Shown one piece after another: positions 10,050 through 19,845 of a DNA stretch of 64,000 nucleotides; positions within the stretch are counted from its first letter, which is position 1; every line of letters begins with the position of its first letter. The position numbers and the translations under genes were made by a program. The DNA is from a virus (lineage: Duplodnaviria; Caudoviricetes), in IMG/VR virus record IMGVR_UViG_3300021387_001464, positions 1 to 64,000 of that record, one strand, 5' to 3'. The notes under the pieces are model-generated. The model searched no databases, was not told the DNA's origin, and saw only the letters and a list, made by a program, of their open reading frames with translations.

Positions 10050-10532
10050 ATGGATATTAGAGTTTTGGTTTTCAATAGTGGCACATTCAATCGTGCAGAG
10101 TTGAGTAAGATGTCGGAGCAGGAACTTTGGCAGCTTTGGGAGAAAGACGATGATCAAGCGCAAGTACAGATGTACTATCTTGACGAGTTCTCATGTGCTT
10201 TCAACGATGAGGAGGTGAGCGATCAAGATTGGTTGTACTTTGTGGACTATGACAACATCAAGCAGGATGCAGAACCCCAAAAGGTATGGGTGGTTTCTAT
10301 CGTGGAGTATAAGGCTGACGAGAACTATTTGGATTCCTATACAGAGTTGTATGCTGACGAGCAGCAGGCAAAGGCAAGGGTGGATGAATACTCCACTAAG
10401 GCTATTGATGCAGCTCCAGAGCATGACGGACTTGACGATGGCGGTGAGCTTGTGGGTGAGCAGGGTTATGTGACCTACTTTAAGAATGGTGACATTGCAA
10501 AGGTGAAGTATATGGAAAAAGAATTGAAGTAG
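10050..10532 (+). CDS. hypothetical acidic protein
   Basis: 160 aa ORF. Confidence 0.8.
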   Translation: MDIRVLVFNSGTFNRAELSKMSEQELWQLWEKDDDQAQVQMYYLDEFSCAFNDEEVSDQDWLYFVDYDNIKQDAEPQKVWVVSIVEYKADENYLDSYTELYADEQQAKARVDEYSTKAIDAAPEHDGLDDGGELVGEQGYVTYFKNGDIAKVKYMEKELK

Positions 10533-10590
10533 GACTATTGTTATAGTGAGATTATAGAATTAGAAGTCAAACATATTAAACTATAAGATT

Positions 10591-11097
10591 ATGAAGAAGA
10601 TTATTGTAAGCATTTTGAAGAATAAGGCTCTGAATGAGCATGAGGAGTATGATGTGTTGTCGGTTGGCAACGATGTGTTGAACGAGAGCATTATCGGTAA
10701 GGGTACTGACGAGTTGAAAGCTCTGCTGAAAAAAACTATCATCGAGTTTATCAACGATGATAATTGGAATCCCTCTGACGAGGATGTGGACTACTGCATT
10801 GGCGAGTTAGCCAAAGGTCATGCAAGCAATATCGGTGCAGAGGACTTTTGGTGGGAGGAGGTATCGGTATTCACCAAAGAGCAGGAGAACGATGGTGTGA
10901 GTAACGAGGTGGTAGAGAAGATTTCGTGGTACTTGCAGACAAGGCACAATATGTTTCATGCTGACATGATCCAACGTGCTATGTTTGACGATAAGGTGAC
11001 TATGGCGGACTTTATCGGTGGTGTGAGCGACATCGTGGTAAACGAGGGTGAGGACGGCACAGACGAGTACACCCCTGCGGAGTTTGAGAACGTATAA
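10591..11097 (+). CDS. hypothetical acidic protein
   Basis: 168 aa ORF. Confidence 0.8.
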   Translation: MKKIIVSILKNKALNEHEEYDVLSVGNDVLNESIIGKGTDELKALLKKTIIEFINDDNWNPSDEDVDYCIGELAKGHASNIGAEDFWWEEVSVFTKEQENDGVSNEVVEKISWYLQTRHNMFHADMIQRAMFDDKVTMADFIGGVSDIVVNEGEDGTDEYTPAEFENV

Positions 11098-11154
11098 CCC
11101 CATTGTTATAGCGAGTGAGAAATATTAGAAGTTTAACTTAACGATAAAAGGACT

Positions 11155-11712
11155 ATGTATAGAATAAATTGTATCAAGGCAAAGCAGGGTGTGTTTGATG
11201 TGGTGGAGTATCATACCAAAGACTACAAGAACTATTGGATGGAAATCAGAGACGATAACGATAAGTGTGTCGGATTTATCATGCAGCCTTTCAGTGATTT
11301 CCTAAACAAGCGAGAGGACGGATTCTTGACCGCAAAGCTGGGTAAGGCTATCAGCAAGGCTCTTAACCCTAAGTGTTGGTTTGAGCATGCATACTATGAG
11401 TGGCACTTGACTGACAAGCGCAACCGCATTGTGCTGAATTGGGTTGATCCTGCGGACAATTTCTATGTGTCAGAGGATAACGATGAGAATGATGTGTATG
11501 ACGAACTGCGCCCAATGACTTACGATGAGGTGCTGACGGAGTGTGAGGAGTTTATCAATGTGGGCAATATGGCTTTTGATGACGGTGACGAGGACTATCA
11601 TGGTGTGTCGCAAAAGGATTGGGAGCGTATGCCTGCGGATGCAGCAGAGGTAATGGCAAAGCGCATCTTCTTCTACTACTGCTTAGAGCAGGAGGACATC
11701 GTGGAATCATAA
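11155..11712 (+). CDS. hypothetical protein
   Basis: 185 aa ORF. Confidence 0.8.
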   Translation: MYRINCIKAKQGVFDVVEYHTKDYKNYWMEIRDDNDKCVGFIMQPFSDFLNKREDGFLTAKLGKAISKALNPKCWFEHAYYEWHLTDKRNRIVLNWVDPADNFYVSEDNDENDVYDELRPMTYDEVLTECEEFINVGNMAFDDGDEDYHGVSQKDWERMPADAAEVMAKRIFFYYCLEQEDIVES

Positions 11713-11741
11713 CATTATAGAATGTATGGGAGATTAGTGTT

Positions 11742-11933
11742 ATGGCAAAGAAACGTAAGTACCTCAATTTCATATTTGAGTGTGTCGATGAAGTGTTCGA
11801 CACGGGCGAGAATTTCTATGAGAGCCACGAATGGAGGGCTGTGTTTGCATCGTACATGAGACGTGAATCGGCAACGATTTACGGACTACCAAACTATGAT
11901 GGCGCAAACTATGAAGTGATTATGAGTAAGTAA
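11742..11933 (+). CDS. hypothetical protein
   Basis: Short ORF in the cluster. Confidence 0.65.
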   Translation: MAKKRKYLNFIFECVDEVFDTGENFYESHEWRAVFASYMRRESATIYGLPNYDGANYEVIMSK

Positions 11934-11962
11934 CATTATAGAACCTCAAAAATATTAAGATT

Positions 11963-12190
11963 ATGGAAAAGAAATATCATTTAGTGACATGGCAACGTGG
12001 AATTGGTGACGATGACAAGGATGACTGCAACACAATGCAAGAGGTGGAAGCATTGGCACGGCAATATATAGCCGAGAAATATGTAGTCAGAGTGTTCCGC
12101 AAAGGAAAACTGGTTAAGGTCTATGACGATTGTTTCCGCCGTGGTCGTAAACCATCGGCTTGGGAACTGGAGAAGTATCAAAGTAAGTAA
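11963..12190 (+). CDS. hypothetical protein
   Basis: Short ORF in the cluster. Confidence 0.7.
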   Translation: MEKKYHLVTWQRGIGDDDKDDCNTMQEVEALARQYIAEKYVVRVFRKGKLVKVYDDCFRRGRKPSAWELEKYQSK

Positions 12191-12250
12191 CATATTATAG
12201 CGAGTGAGAAATATTAGAAGTTTAACTTAACGATAAAAGGAGAAAGAATT

Positions 12251-12727
12251 ATGAGTACAAGAGCAACGATTAAGATCAAGCAGAGTTTCTATAACACAGA
12301 CGAGGATTGCGACAAGGGCATACTGACACCCTACGAAATCAAGTTGTATCACCATTCAGACGGATATCCCGAAGGCATTGGGGCAGACATCGTGGAGTTC
12401 CTGCGCAACAGAAACGATGGCTACAACACCGACAAACCAATATGGGAGGCTGAACGCATAGCAACGGATATGGTGAGGGGCGAGGTGCTGACGAGCAAGT
12501 CGTGGAGTGAGCCAAAGGATGTGCATCGGGATATGGGCTACGATGTGGCTATCTGTCAGCATGGCGACTGCGAGTATGGCTATTTGATAGACTGCGATGA
12601 GCGCAAGGTGACGTGCTACGATATAGAGCCAGGACAAGAGGATTGGACGGACGACTGCATCGTGGAGATACCGGACACTTGGGCGCAGTTTGGCGGTCTG
12701 CATCTTCCCGAAGAGAGTGAGGAGTAA
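12251..12727 (+). CDS. conserved phage protein (MSTR...YHHSDGYP motif)
   Basis: N-terminal STR and HxDGYP motif, common in small phage proteins. Confidence 0.8.
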   Translation: MSTRATIKIKQSFYNTDEDCDKGILTPYEIKLYHHSDGYPEGIGADIVEFLRNRNDGYNTDKPIWEAERIATDMVRGEVLTSKSWSEPKDVHRDMGYDVAICQHGDCEYGYLIDCDERKVTCYDIEPGQEDWTDDCIVEIPDTWAQFGGLHLPEESEE

Positions 12728-12763
12728 ACGTATATTATAGACAATCGGAAATATTAGAGTATT

Positions 12764-13084
12764 ATGGCAAACATGGTAGCAATCAAGACCAACTATGGTC
12801 GTAAGCTGAACGAAGTGTTCAACCGCATGGTGCAGGGCAGAAAGCGCACGGCTATGCTGAAAGACAAGCATGGTTATCAAGGCATCTATCTGAAGGTGAT
12901 GACAGAGAACTGCAAGAAGTATGGATGGAAACCGCAGGAGTGGTGGGTGACGAAGATAGGCTGCAACGCTTGGGGCATTGAGGTGTGGGTGCAGAACGGA
13001 CAGGAGTGGACTGCCATTGAGCAACTGACACCACAGCAACAACTGCGTATCGCCAACGCTATCGACTGGAGTACATTACAATAA
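12764..13084 (+). CDS. hypothetical protein
   Basis: 106 aa ORF. Confidence 0.75.
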   Translation: MANMVAIKTNYGRKLNEVFNRMVQGRKRTAMLKDKHGYQGIYLKVMTENCKKYGWKPQEWWVTKIGCNAWGIEVWVQNGQEWTAIEQLTPQQQLRIANAIDWSTLQ

Positions 13085-13161
13085 ATCGGCACGGTGGTAC
13101 GTTATTATAGCATACAGATGGAATTGGAAGTTTTATAGACTATAATGTAAATCACGGAAAT

Positions 13162-13956
13162 ATGACACAGAACAGATTTTGGTTCGATGTAAGAAACTAC
13201 ATCGGCATGGTACATGATGAGTTTTTGATGACTGACGAGTGGCAGACGAAAGAGTCGCTATGGAGTGCCTTTTGGGACGGAACGGAGGACAAGCACCCCT
13301 ATCATGGCGAGGGCAACACGGCTTGCGACAAGGCTTACAAGAAAGGTCGCAGGATGATGGGTGCGAAGATGCAGGACAAGGTGCAAGACCTGAGCGTGGC
13401 TTGGGGGCGGTGGAGCAAGCAGCCTACCGCCACACGGCACGGACGAGGGGTGCAGTTGCGGTTCAAGGACGGAACGACCATTGGGGCGCACTACGCGCTG
13501 GTGGAGAGTGGTGCGGTGAGCGCAAGTCATGTGCCTATGCTGCACTATCGGGAGAACGATGGCTATCCATGTGACATGATGTCGGGCAAGACTATGGCTC
13601 GAAAGGATTATGCAGAGGATCGTCGGGCGCAGCAGGAGTGCGGACGCATGGCTCACGGCTACGATGGCAGGGCGGTCGAGGACTGTCCCATTGTGAGCTT
13701 TGAGGGCATTGTGCTGCGTGGCAACCTGCGGGTGATGGCGGGGATGTTGGCTGCACGGTGGCAGTCGGACGAGCAGTATATAGACCACCTGCGAAATCAC
13801 TGCCAGAAGTACGGCTTCACAGAGGACGATGTGGCGGAGTACCGACACCCCAGGTTGGTGGTGGTGGTGAGCCGGCAGAAAGGTCATCAGTATGCACCGG
13901 AGGACTTTGTACGCTATGAGGACGTGGTGGTGGAGCAGAAACGCAGTACGTTATAG
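13162..13956 (+). CDS. DdrB-like ParB-superfamily domain protein
   Basis: YALVE..SH, KDY, PIV..GIVLRGNLR, Y..HL...KYGF..HPRLV pattern typical of ddrB-ParB domains of polyvalent proteins. Confidence 0.7.
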   Translation: MTQNRFWFDVRNYIGMVHDEFLMTDEWQTKESLWSAFWDGTEDKHPYHGEGNTACDKAYKKGRRMMGAKMQDKVQDLSVAWGRWSKQPTATRHGRGVQLRFKDGTTIGAHYALVESGAVSASHVPMLHYRENDGYPCDMMSGKTMARKDYAEDRRAQQECGRMAHGYDGRAVEDCPIVSFEGIVLRGNLRVMAGMLAARWQSDEQYIDHLRNHCQKYGFTEDDVAEYRHPRLVVVVSRQKGHQYAPEDFVRYEDVVVEQKRSTL

Positions 13957-14064
13957 AAATGGTGCGAAATCAGCGAAAATTAAAACGATATGTTTAATAT
14001 CTCAAAAGTTTTTCGTAACTTTGCCGACAAATTAGTGAAACTTTAAAAAGAAAGGCGATAGATT

Positions 14065-14325
14065 ATGGCATTGAACATTAAAGCGTGTTTCGCCCGTCAC
14101 GGGCTGACGGCCAAAGAGGTGGCCAAGAGAATGGGTATGACCAACGTGAACCTGTCGGTACACATGAACCGCAACCCATCAGTAGAGGTTCTGCAGCGCA
14201 TAGCCGATGCGGTAGGCTGCGATATCGTGGAGCTGTTCGATTCACCATACGCTGACCGACAGCCCGACATCATCATCACCGACCCACGGACGGGCGAGGT
14301 GAAGAAGTACATCCAGATAGAGTGA
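14065..14325 (+). CDS. XRE-family HTH regulator
   Basis: HTH with NPSVEVLQRIADAVG; preceded by a TAACTTTG promoter at ~14016. Confidence 0.85.
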   Translation: MALNIKACFARHGLTAKEVAKRMGMTNVNLSVHMNRNPSVEVLQRIADAVGCDIVELFDSPYADRQPDIIITDPRTGEVKKYIQIE

Positions 14326-14372
14326 CGGTCTGCTGTCCGTTATAGATGGTGTGCGAGATTAGTGCTTTATAG

Positions 14373-14399
14373 AGGTTCTGAGAAATCAGAGCCTTTTTT
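14373..14399 (+). terminator. intrinsic terminator
   Basis: AGGTTCTGA-GAAA-TCAGAGCCT followed by a T run. Confidence 0.6.
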
Positions 14400-14455
14400 A
14401 TGTCCGTGTGGTTTTTCAAGATTTTGTACCTTTGTGCTGTCAAGATGAAAAGACA

Positions 14456-14524
14456 GAACATCGAAGGTGTAAAAGGCAAAACATCGAAGGTGTAAAAGGC
14501 AAAACATCGAAGACGTAAAAGGCA
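14456..14524 (+). repeat. 23-bp tandem repeat x3 upstream of the HU-like gene
   Basis: AACATCGAAGGTGTAAAAGGCAA with period 23. Confidence 0.9.
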
Positions 14525-14580
14525 GACGGTTTTTAACCTCTATAATTATTTTATTGTTAAACTTTAAATTTTGAAGTGTT

Positions 14581-15141
14581 ATGGGACACAAAATCAAAAT
14601 TAAGTATTGGGCTCGCGAGAACTCGAAAGTTGGAACCCACTCGTTCTTTGCCCAGACTATGCCTAACGGCACGCTTGGCTTTGACCAGGCTTGTAGAGAG
14701 GCCAGTGAGAACACTACCGTAGAAGAGGACACCATCCGCTCGGCGGTAAAACTCTACATGAAGGTGGTAAAGAAGAACCTACTGAAAGGCTTCAAGGTGG
14801 ACTTGGGCGAGGACTTCCTGACCATCGAACCAATGCTGAAGGCCAGCGTGAAGGACACGAAGGACGAGAAGACGGGCGAGGTGACAGTAGCCACGGCCAA
14901 GATGCTGCGCTCGAACATGGGTAACAGCAGAGTGGGCGTAAGAGTCAACAAGGCATTTGCCTTTGAGTTCGCAAACAGTGTAGAGTGGGAGAAGGTGGAT
15001 CCGAAGACGGGTGCTATCATCGACGAATCCGACGACGTGGTGGAAGACCCCAACGACCCTGCAGACACCGGCAACACTGGCAGCACCGGCAACATTGACC
15101 AAACCGGAGGCAACACCGGCGGCGGCTCGGACGAAGGATAA
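14581..15141 (+). CDS. Bacteroidetes HU-like DNA-binding protein
   Basis: LKGFKVDLGE motif and Gly/Asp-rich tail GGNTGGGSDEG; paralog of 58545. Confidence 0.7.
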   Translation: MGHKIKIKYWARENSKVGTHSFFAQTMPNGTLGFDQACREASENTTVEEDTIRSAVKLYMKVVKKNLLKGFKVDLGEDFLTIEPMLKASVKDTKDEKTGEVTVATAKMLRSNMGNSRVGVRVNKAFAFEFANSVEWEKVDPKTGAIIDESDDVVEDPNDPADTGNTGSTGNIDQTGGNTGGGSDEG

Positions 15142-15333
15142 ATGATGTCTGATGTCTGATGTATGATGTTTGATGTATGATGGATGAGGGCTGAGGGATG
15201 ATGTCTGATGGCTGATGTATGATGTTTGATGTTTGATGTATGAGGGCTGATGGCTGATGTCTGATGTTTCACTCTTACATCTTACCTCTTACATCTTACA
15301 TCTTACCTCTTACATCTTACATCTTACCTCTTA
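15142..15333. repeat. heptamer microrepeats (TGATGTC/A, then CTTACAT/CTTACCT)
   Basis: 7-bp periodicity; similar tracts at 15452-15484, 15940-16066, 16513-16588, 6586-6623, 60499-60525. Confidence 0.9.
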
Positions 15334-15624
15334 ACCAATATATATCCGTGGTGAACTCCACAGAGAAGCTGTTTTTTGCCTTAAGCAACGAAAGTCCGTA
15401 AGTCGAACCGGGGTTACGCCAGTGGCACCGTATGATACTGCGGAGTTTTAAGATGTATGATGTATGATGTAGGATGTATGATGTCGGGGTCGTCGCAGGC
15501 TCCTCGAAATTAAGTTTAAAATTGATTTTTAAAATTAAGTTTAAAATTATTCTAAATAAAATTCTAAATAATAATTCTAAATATAATTTCAAGGGCTGAC
15601 AAGCCCGCCCAAAGAATAAAGACA

Positions 15625-15939
15625 ATGCCGAGACAACAACCAGTAGTAAGTTGGACACAGCTAAGGAACCTATGCGAAAAGTTCTCTTACATCCATGAGA
15701 GCGGAATCCGCATTACTACCTTTAATCCGCCAAAAGACGCAAAGGGAGTCGAGAGGGTTCCGTTCTTCCTAAAAGCCATTAGCGGAAAAGGGGAAATACT
15801 GACGGGAAACGTTGTGACGCTCCGTGTCAATGTCCGTAAACGGCAACGCCTTTGTATGTGGGTAGAGTCGAAGCAGTGCCGGTGGATAAGGGACTATCTT
15901 ATCATGGAGGTGGACGGAGTACGTGTAGTGACGCACTAA
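15625..15939 (+). CDS. conserved Bacteroidales phage protein
   Basis: 104 aa ORF upstream of the endolysin and portal. Confidence 0.7.
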   Translation: MPRQQPVVSWTQLRNLCEKFSYIHESGIRITTFNPPKDAKGVERVPFFLKAISGKGEILTGNVVTLRVNVRKRQRLCMWVESKQCRWIRDYLIMEVDGVRVVTH

Positions 15940-16076
15940 AGATGTCTGAAGGCTGAAGGCTGATGGCTGATGTAAGATGTATGATGTAGGATGTATGATG
16001 TATGATGTCTGAAGGCTGAAGGCTGATGTATAATTTTCAATGTTCAATGTTCAATGTTCAATTTTCAATTAGGACT

Positions 16077-16511
16077 ATGGCAAGGATTAGCAAGAACTTT
16101 ACGCTGGAGGAGCTGACGGCGAGCCAGACAGCGAAGCAGAAGGGCATTAAGAACGTGCCAACAAACGCCGAGGTGTGTGCGCTGTGTGCGCTGGTGCATC
16201 ACGTGCTGCAGCCGCTGCGCGACGCAATGCAGGAGCCTATCAAGATTGGTAGCGGCTACCGATGCCCTGCGCTGAACAAGGCGGTGGGCGGCGTGTGGAA
16301 CTCGCAGCACATGAAAGGCGAGGCGGTGGATTTGTGCATCGACGGCGACAAGAAGAAGGGCCGCAAGTGGATGGAGTGGATCATCGACCACTGCGACTTC
16401 GACCAGTGTATCTGGGAGCATAACGCAAAGGGTACTTACTGGGTGCATGTGTCGTTCCGTGCGGACGGACAGAACCGCAGGCATGTGATTAGTGACCTGC
16501 TGAAGAAGTAG
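16077..16511 (+). CDS. Peptidase M15 family endolysin
   Basis: SGYRC..LNKAVGG..NSQH..GEAVD...WVHVS motifs. Confidence 0.9.
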   Translation: MARISKNFTLEELTASQTAKQKGIKNVPTNAEVCALCALVHHVLQPLRDAMQEPIKIGSGYRCPALNKAVGGVWNSQHMKGEAVDLCIDGDKKKGRKWMEWIIDHCDFDQCIWEHNAKGTYWVHVSFRADGQNRRHVISDLLKK

Positions 16512-16653
16512 GGATGTATGATGTATGATGTAGGATGTATGATGTAGGATGGGTGATGTATGATGTCTGATGTATGATGTAGGATGTAAGTTGTCCGAGT
16601 GTTAACGGCGAGTAGTCGTACCTTTGTCTTGTCAAATCAACATAAAAACGACA

Positions 16654-18477
16654 ATGACAAAGAAAAAGAACTTGCAGCAGCATCGCAACCTCGTTAAGGT
16701 GAAGAGCGCCGACGCGCTCCGCTCTGTCACCGACGGGTTGAAGAGCCAGGGCTACTTTCCTGTGCCGATGCCCAACGACTTCGGACACCGCAGCAACAGC
16801 AGCGGCAGTGAGTTTGGATTGTGGGAAGATTATATCCACGCCAAGCTGACGTGTCAGGAGCCTGGTCAACCGAAGAGCGCCAGTTACCAATATCCTACGC
16901 TGCACCTCAGCAGTGGTGTAGAACAACCGACGCCCGACAACATCGGTACGCCGGGACTAGGCTACATGGAGTGGGGTGCAGGCAACCGCAACCCTAACGT
17001 GGTGTCGCTATTGCGTGAGGCATCGCCCTATACTGCCAGCGCCCACCGCTTCAACACCGACCTGTGTGCCGGCAAGGGTCCCCGATTCGTCTATGCTTAT
17101 GTGCAGTACGTCGGTGGCAACATCACCGAGAAGCGCATCGCCTTCAAGGATGCCGGTGTGCTGATCAAGGGCTGGATAAGGGACTTGAAACGGGAGCTGT
17201 CAACCATTGAACATGAATCATCGAACAATGTTCAATCCTCAATGGATAATGGTCAATGTTCAATGTTCAATGTTCAATCAGGCGAAGAACTGAAGAAGGA
17301 CATTCAAGACCAAATCGCCACCCTCGAAAAGGAATACACCTCGTGGCAGGCCACGAACGACTTCCTGACCAACTTTGCCGCTCGTAACAACCTCGCGCTG
17401 ACCTACCTCTCGCTGACCGAGGATATGCAGGAACAGAACCTATGCTTCCCCGAAATCACACTCAACCAGCGCACGCTCGACGCTGACGGTAAGAACGTGC
17501 CCACGTCGATGTGGATGCCGCAGGTGACGGGCATCCGCTACCGTTCGGCACACATCTGCCGCCTGGAGCGTAAGGACCAGAACGGGCGCATCAACTACGT
17601 CTATGTATCGAACCGCTTCCTCGATTCCCGCGTGTTCCCCGCCTCTGCCAGCAACAAGGCTGAGGACGCTCTCGAGATGATAGCCATCCCCGCCCTCGAC
17701 CCGCAGTCACCGCTGACCGACCTGGAGCGTATCGTGCGTGAGACCCGTAAGGCCAACGGCAGTATTCGCAAGCGCCCCACACGCTTCATCATACCTATTG
17801 CCTATCCCTCGGCAGGACGTCCGTACTACCCCGTACCGGCATGGCAATCTATCTTCAGCGGCGACATCTACGAGTACCTGATGACGATGATTAGCGATCG
17901 CAACAAGCGCCGCAAGAACTCGAACGTCATCGGGCGCATTTTGTATTTGAACAATGAATACATGGAGCGCCTTTACTTTCAGAGCAAGGCCGACACGCCC
18001 GAAGACAAGCTGAAGGTGTTCAACACCCTGCGCGACCAGATTAACTCGTTCCTCGAAGACCGCGACAACACGGGCAAGCCGCTGGTGGCATACACCTTCC
18101 TTGGTACCGACGGCAAGGTGTACGAGTCATGGAAGATCGTGGAGATTGAGGCGAACAACAAGCAGACTGCCGAAGCTAACCAGAAGGAGTTGGCAGAGAT
18201 ATCGAGTATCGTGTTCTTTGCCTTCGGACTGGACAGCCGCTTAGTGGGCAACTCACCTGGCGACGTGGCAAGCAGCGGCGGCACCGACCTCCGCGAGCGC
18301 TTCCTGCTGAAACAGGTGCAGATGTCGCCCATGCAGCAGCTCATGCTCATGCCCCTCTACCTGATGAAGTCCTTCAACAACCTCGACCCGCATCTGGAGT
18401 TCGAGATACCGCGCGAAGTGCTTACTACCCTGGACAACAGCAAGACCGGCATCACCAATGCCGAACAGCCGACATAG
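16654..18477 (+). CDS. putative phage portal protein
   Basis: ~610 aa; WGAGN, YYPVPAW and SSGGTDLRERFLLKQ motifs seen in Bacteroidales phage portals; TACCTTTG promoter at ~16619. Confidence 0.6.
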   Translation: MTKKKNLQQHRNLVKVKSADALRSVTDGLKSQGYFPVPMPNDFGHRSNSSGSEFGLWEDYIHAKLTCQEPGQPKSASYQYPTLHLSSGVEQPTPDNIGTPGLGYMEWGAGNRNPNVVSLLREASPYTASAHRFNTDLCAGKGPRFVYAYVQYVGGNITEKRIAFKDAGVLIKGWIRDLKRELSTIEHESSNNVQSSMDNGQCSMFNVQSGEELKKDIQDQIATLEKEYTSWQATNDFLTNFAARNNLALTYLSLTEDMQEQNLCFPEITLNQRTLDADGKNVPTSMWMPQVTGIRYRSAHICRLERKDQNGRINYVYVSNRFLDSRVFPASASNKAEDALEMIAIPALDPQSPLTDLERIVRETRKANGSIRKRPTRFIIPIAYPSAGRPYYPVPAWQSIFSGDIYEYLMTMISDRNKRRKNSNVIGRILYLNNEYMERLYFQSKADTPEDKLKVFNTLRDQINSFLEDRDNTGKPLVAYTFLGTDGKVYESWKIVEIEANNKQTAEANQKELAEISSIVFFAFGLDSRLVGNSPGDVASSGGTDLRERFLLKQVQMSPMQQLMLMPLYLMKSFNNLDPHLEFEIPREVLTTLDNSKTGITNAEQPT

Positions 18478-18617
18478 AATTTACAATTTGACGATTGACG
18501 ATTTACGATTGATTTACAATTTTATCATTTAGAAATTTACACCAGCCGCCAAATCGCAAAATAGTCAAATAGTACATAAATAGTAAATAGTAAATAGATA
18601 AATAGTAAATAAAAGCT

Positions 18618-19769
18618 ATGCTTATCACAAACATCCAAGAGCTTCGCCTCGCCAGCCCCGCCCACGCCCTCGACAGCATCGACGGACTCGTAGGCTTCAT
18701 AGACAATAGTGAGCATGACTTCCTTGAAGACAAGCTCGGTACCCCTTTGTATAGTAAACTATGCCAGTGGTACGACGAGAACCCCACCAAGCGCAGCAGC
18801 GTCGCCGACTACCAGACAGGCTACTGGAGCCGCCTACTACTGCTCGCCCAGCGCTGCGTAGCCTTCGACGCCCTTGGCCGTGCTATCGGCATGCAGGCCA
18901 TCAGTGTGAATAATGCAGGCATCAACATGAGTATCGCCGACGACTACCCCGCACCAGACAAGAACGGCAAGACCATCGACCTATACCGTGATACCTGCAA
19001 CAAGGAGGCACACGCTGCCCTCAACCAACTGCTCCGACAGCTGGAACAGTGGTGCAATGAGCAAGGCGCAGCCGCCGATGATACATCAGACATCAGCCCT
19101 CAGACATCAGACGTCGAAGACGATACATCAGACATCTTACATCAGACATCAGACATCGAAGACGATACATCAGCCATCAGCCCTCAGACATCAGACATCG
19201 AAGACGAGCGCAGCGAGATCGTCACCCTCTGGAAGGAGAGCCGCTACTACTACCTCGCCGCCGCCCTGCTCATCCCCTCGTGCGAGGTGCTGCAGTCGTA
19301 TCTGAACATCTACGACAGCCGCGAGAAGTTCATCCAACTGCTGCCCGACCTCCGCTTCATCCAGGAAGAGATTATCGCCAACAGCATCGGCGAAGACCTG
19401 TTGAAGGTGGTCATCGACTTCATTCGTGACAGCAAGCTGCCTGGAGGTGACGAACCGATAGGTGGTATTCCTGTTGCCTCGTTCACCGAGCAGATGCTCA
19501 CCCGACTGGCCCACCGCTTGCGCAAGGTCATGGTAGCACTGCTTGTCGGTCGTACCTCGGTCTTGAAGTACGCCAAGGAACAAAAGGTACAAGCCCATGA
19601 CGACGGCGTGCGTATGCTGGCGACAACATCAGAAATGTTAAAAACACTCATCCCGCCAGCACCAGCGACGGCCACGGAGCCCGAATCAGGCTGCTGTTGC
19701 CATCAACCATCAGACATCAGTCCTCAGACATCGGGCTCCGCTGCCTGCTGGACGCCACCGATACTGTAA
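18618..19769 (+). CDS. DUF6712-like phage protein with in-frame heptamer-repeat insert
   Basis: Follows the portal; DDTSDISPQTSD repeats encoded by CATCAGA heptamers. Confidence 0.55.
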   Translation: MLITNIQELRLASPAHALDSIDGLVGFIDNSEHDFLEDKLGTPLYSKLCQWYDENPTKRSSVADYQTGYWSRLLLLAQRCVAFDALGRAIGMQAISVNNAGINMSIADDYPAPDKNGKTIDLYRDTCNKEAHAALNQLLRQLEQWCNEQGAAADDTSDISPQTSDVEDDTSDILHQTSDIEDDTSAISPQTSDIEDERSEIVTLWKESRYYYLAAALLIPSCEVLQSYLNIYDSREKFIQLLPDLRFIQEEIIANSIGEDLLKVVIDFIRDSKLPGGDEPIGGIPVASFTEQMLTRLAHRLRKVMVALLVGRTSVLKYAKEQKVQAHDDGVRMLATTSEMLKTLIPPAPATATEPESGCCCHQPSDISPQTSGSAACWTPPIL

Positions 19770-19809
19770 CTCCCGTTAGTAATTAGTTAGTTTTCTGATT
19801 TTTCTGTTT

Positions 19810-19845
19810 GGTGCAGCTGACTGTGAAGTTCGCTGCACCTTTTTT
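19810..19845 (+). terminator. intrinsic terminator
   Basis: GGTGCAGC...GCTGCACC followed by T6. Confidence 0.75.

Noticed and set aside
15508-15592. AT-rich 12-bp periodic tract as an origin
   Set aside because: There is no adjacent initiator, and better origin candidates exist at 26.2 kb and 48.7-49.6 kb.
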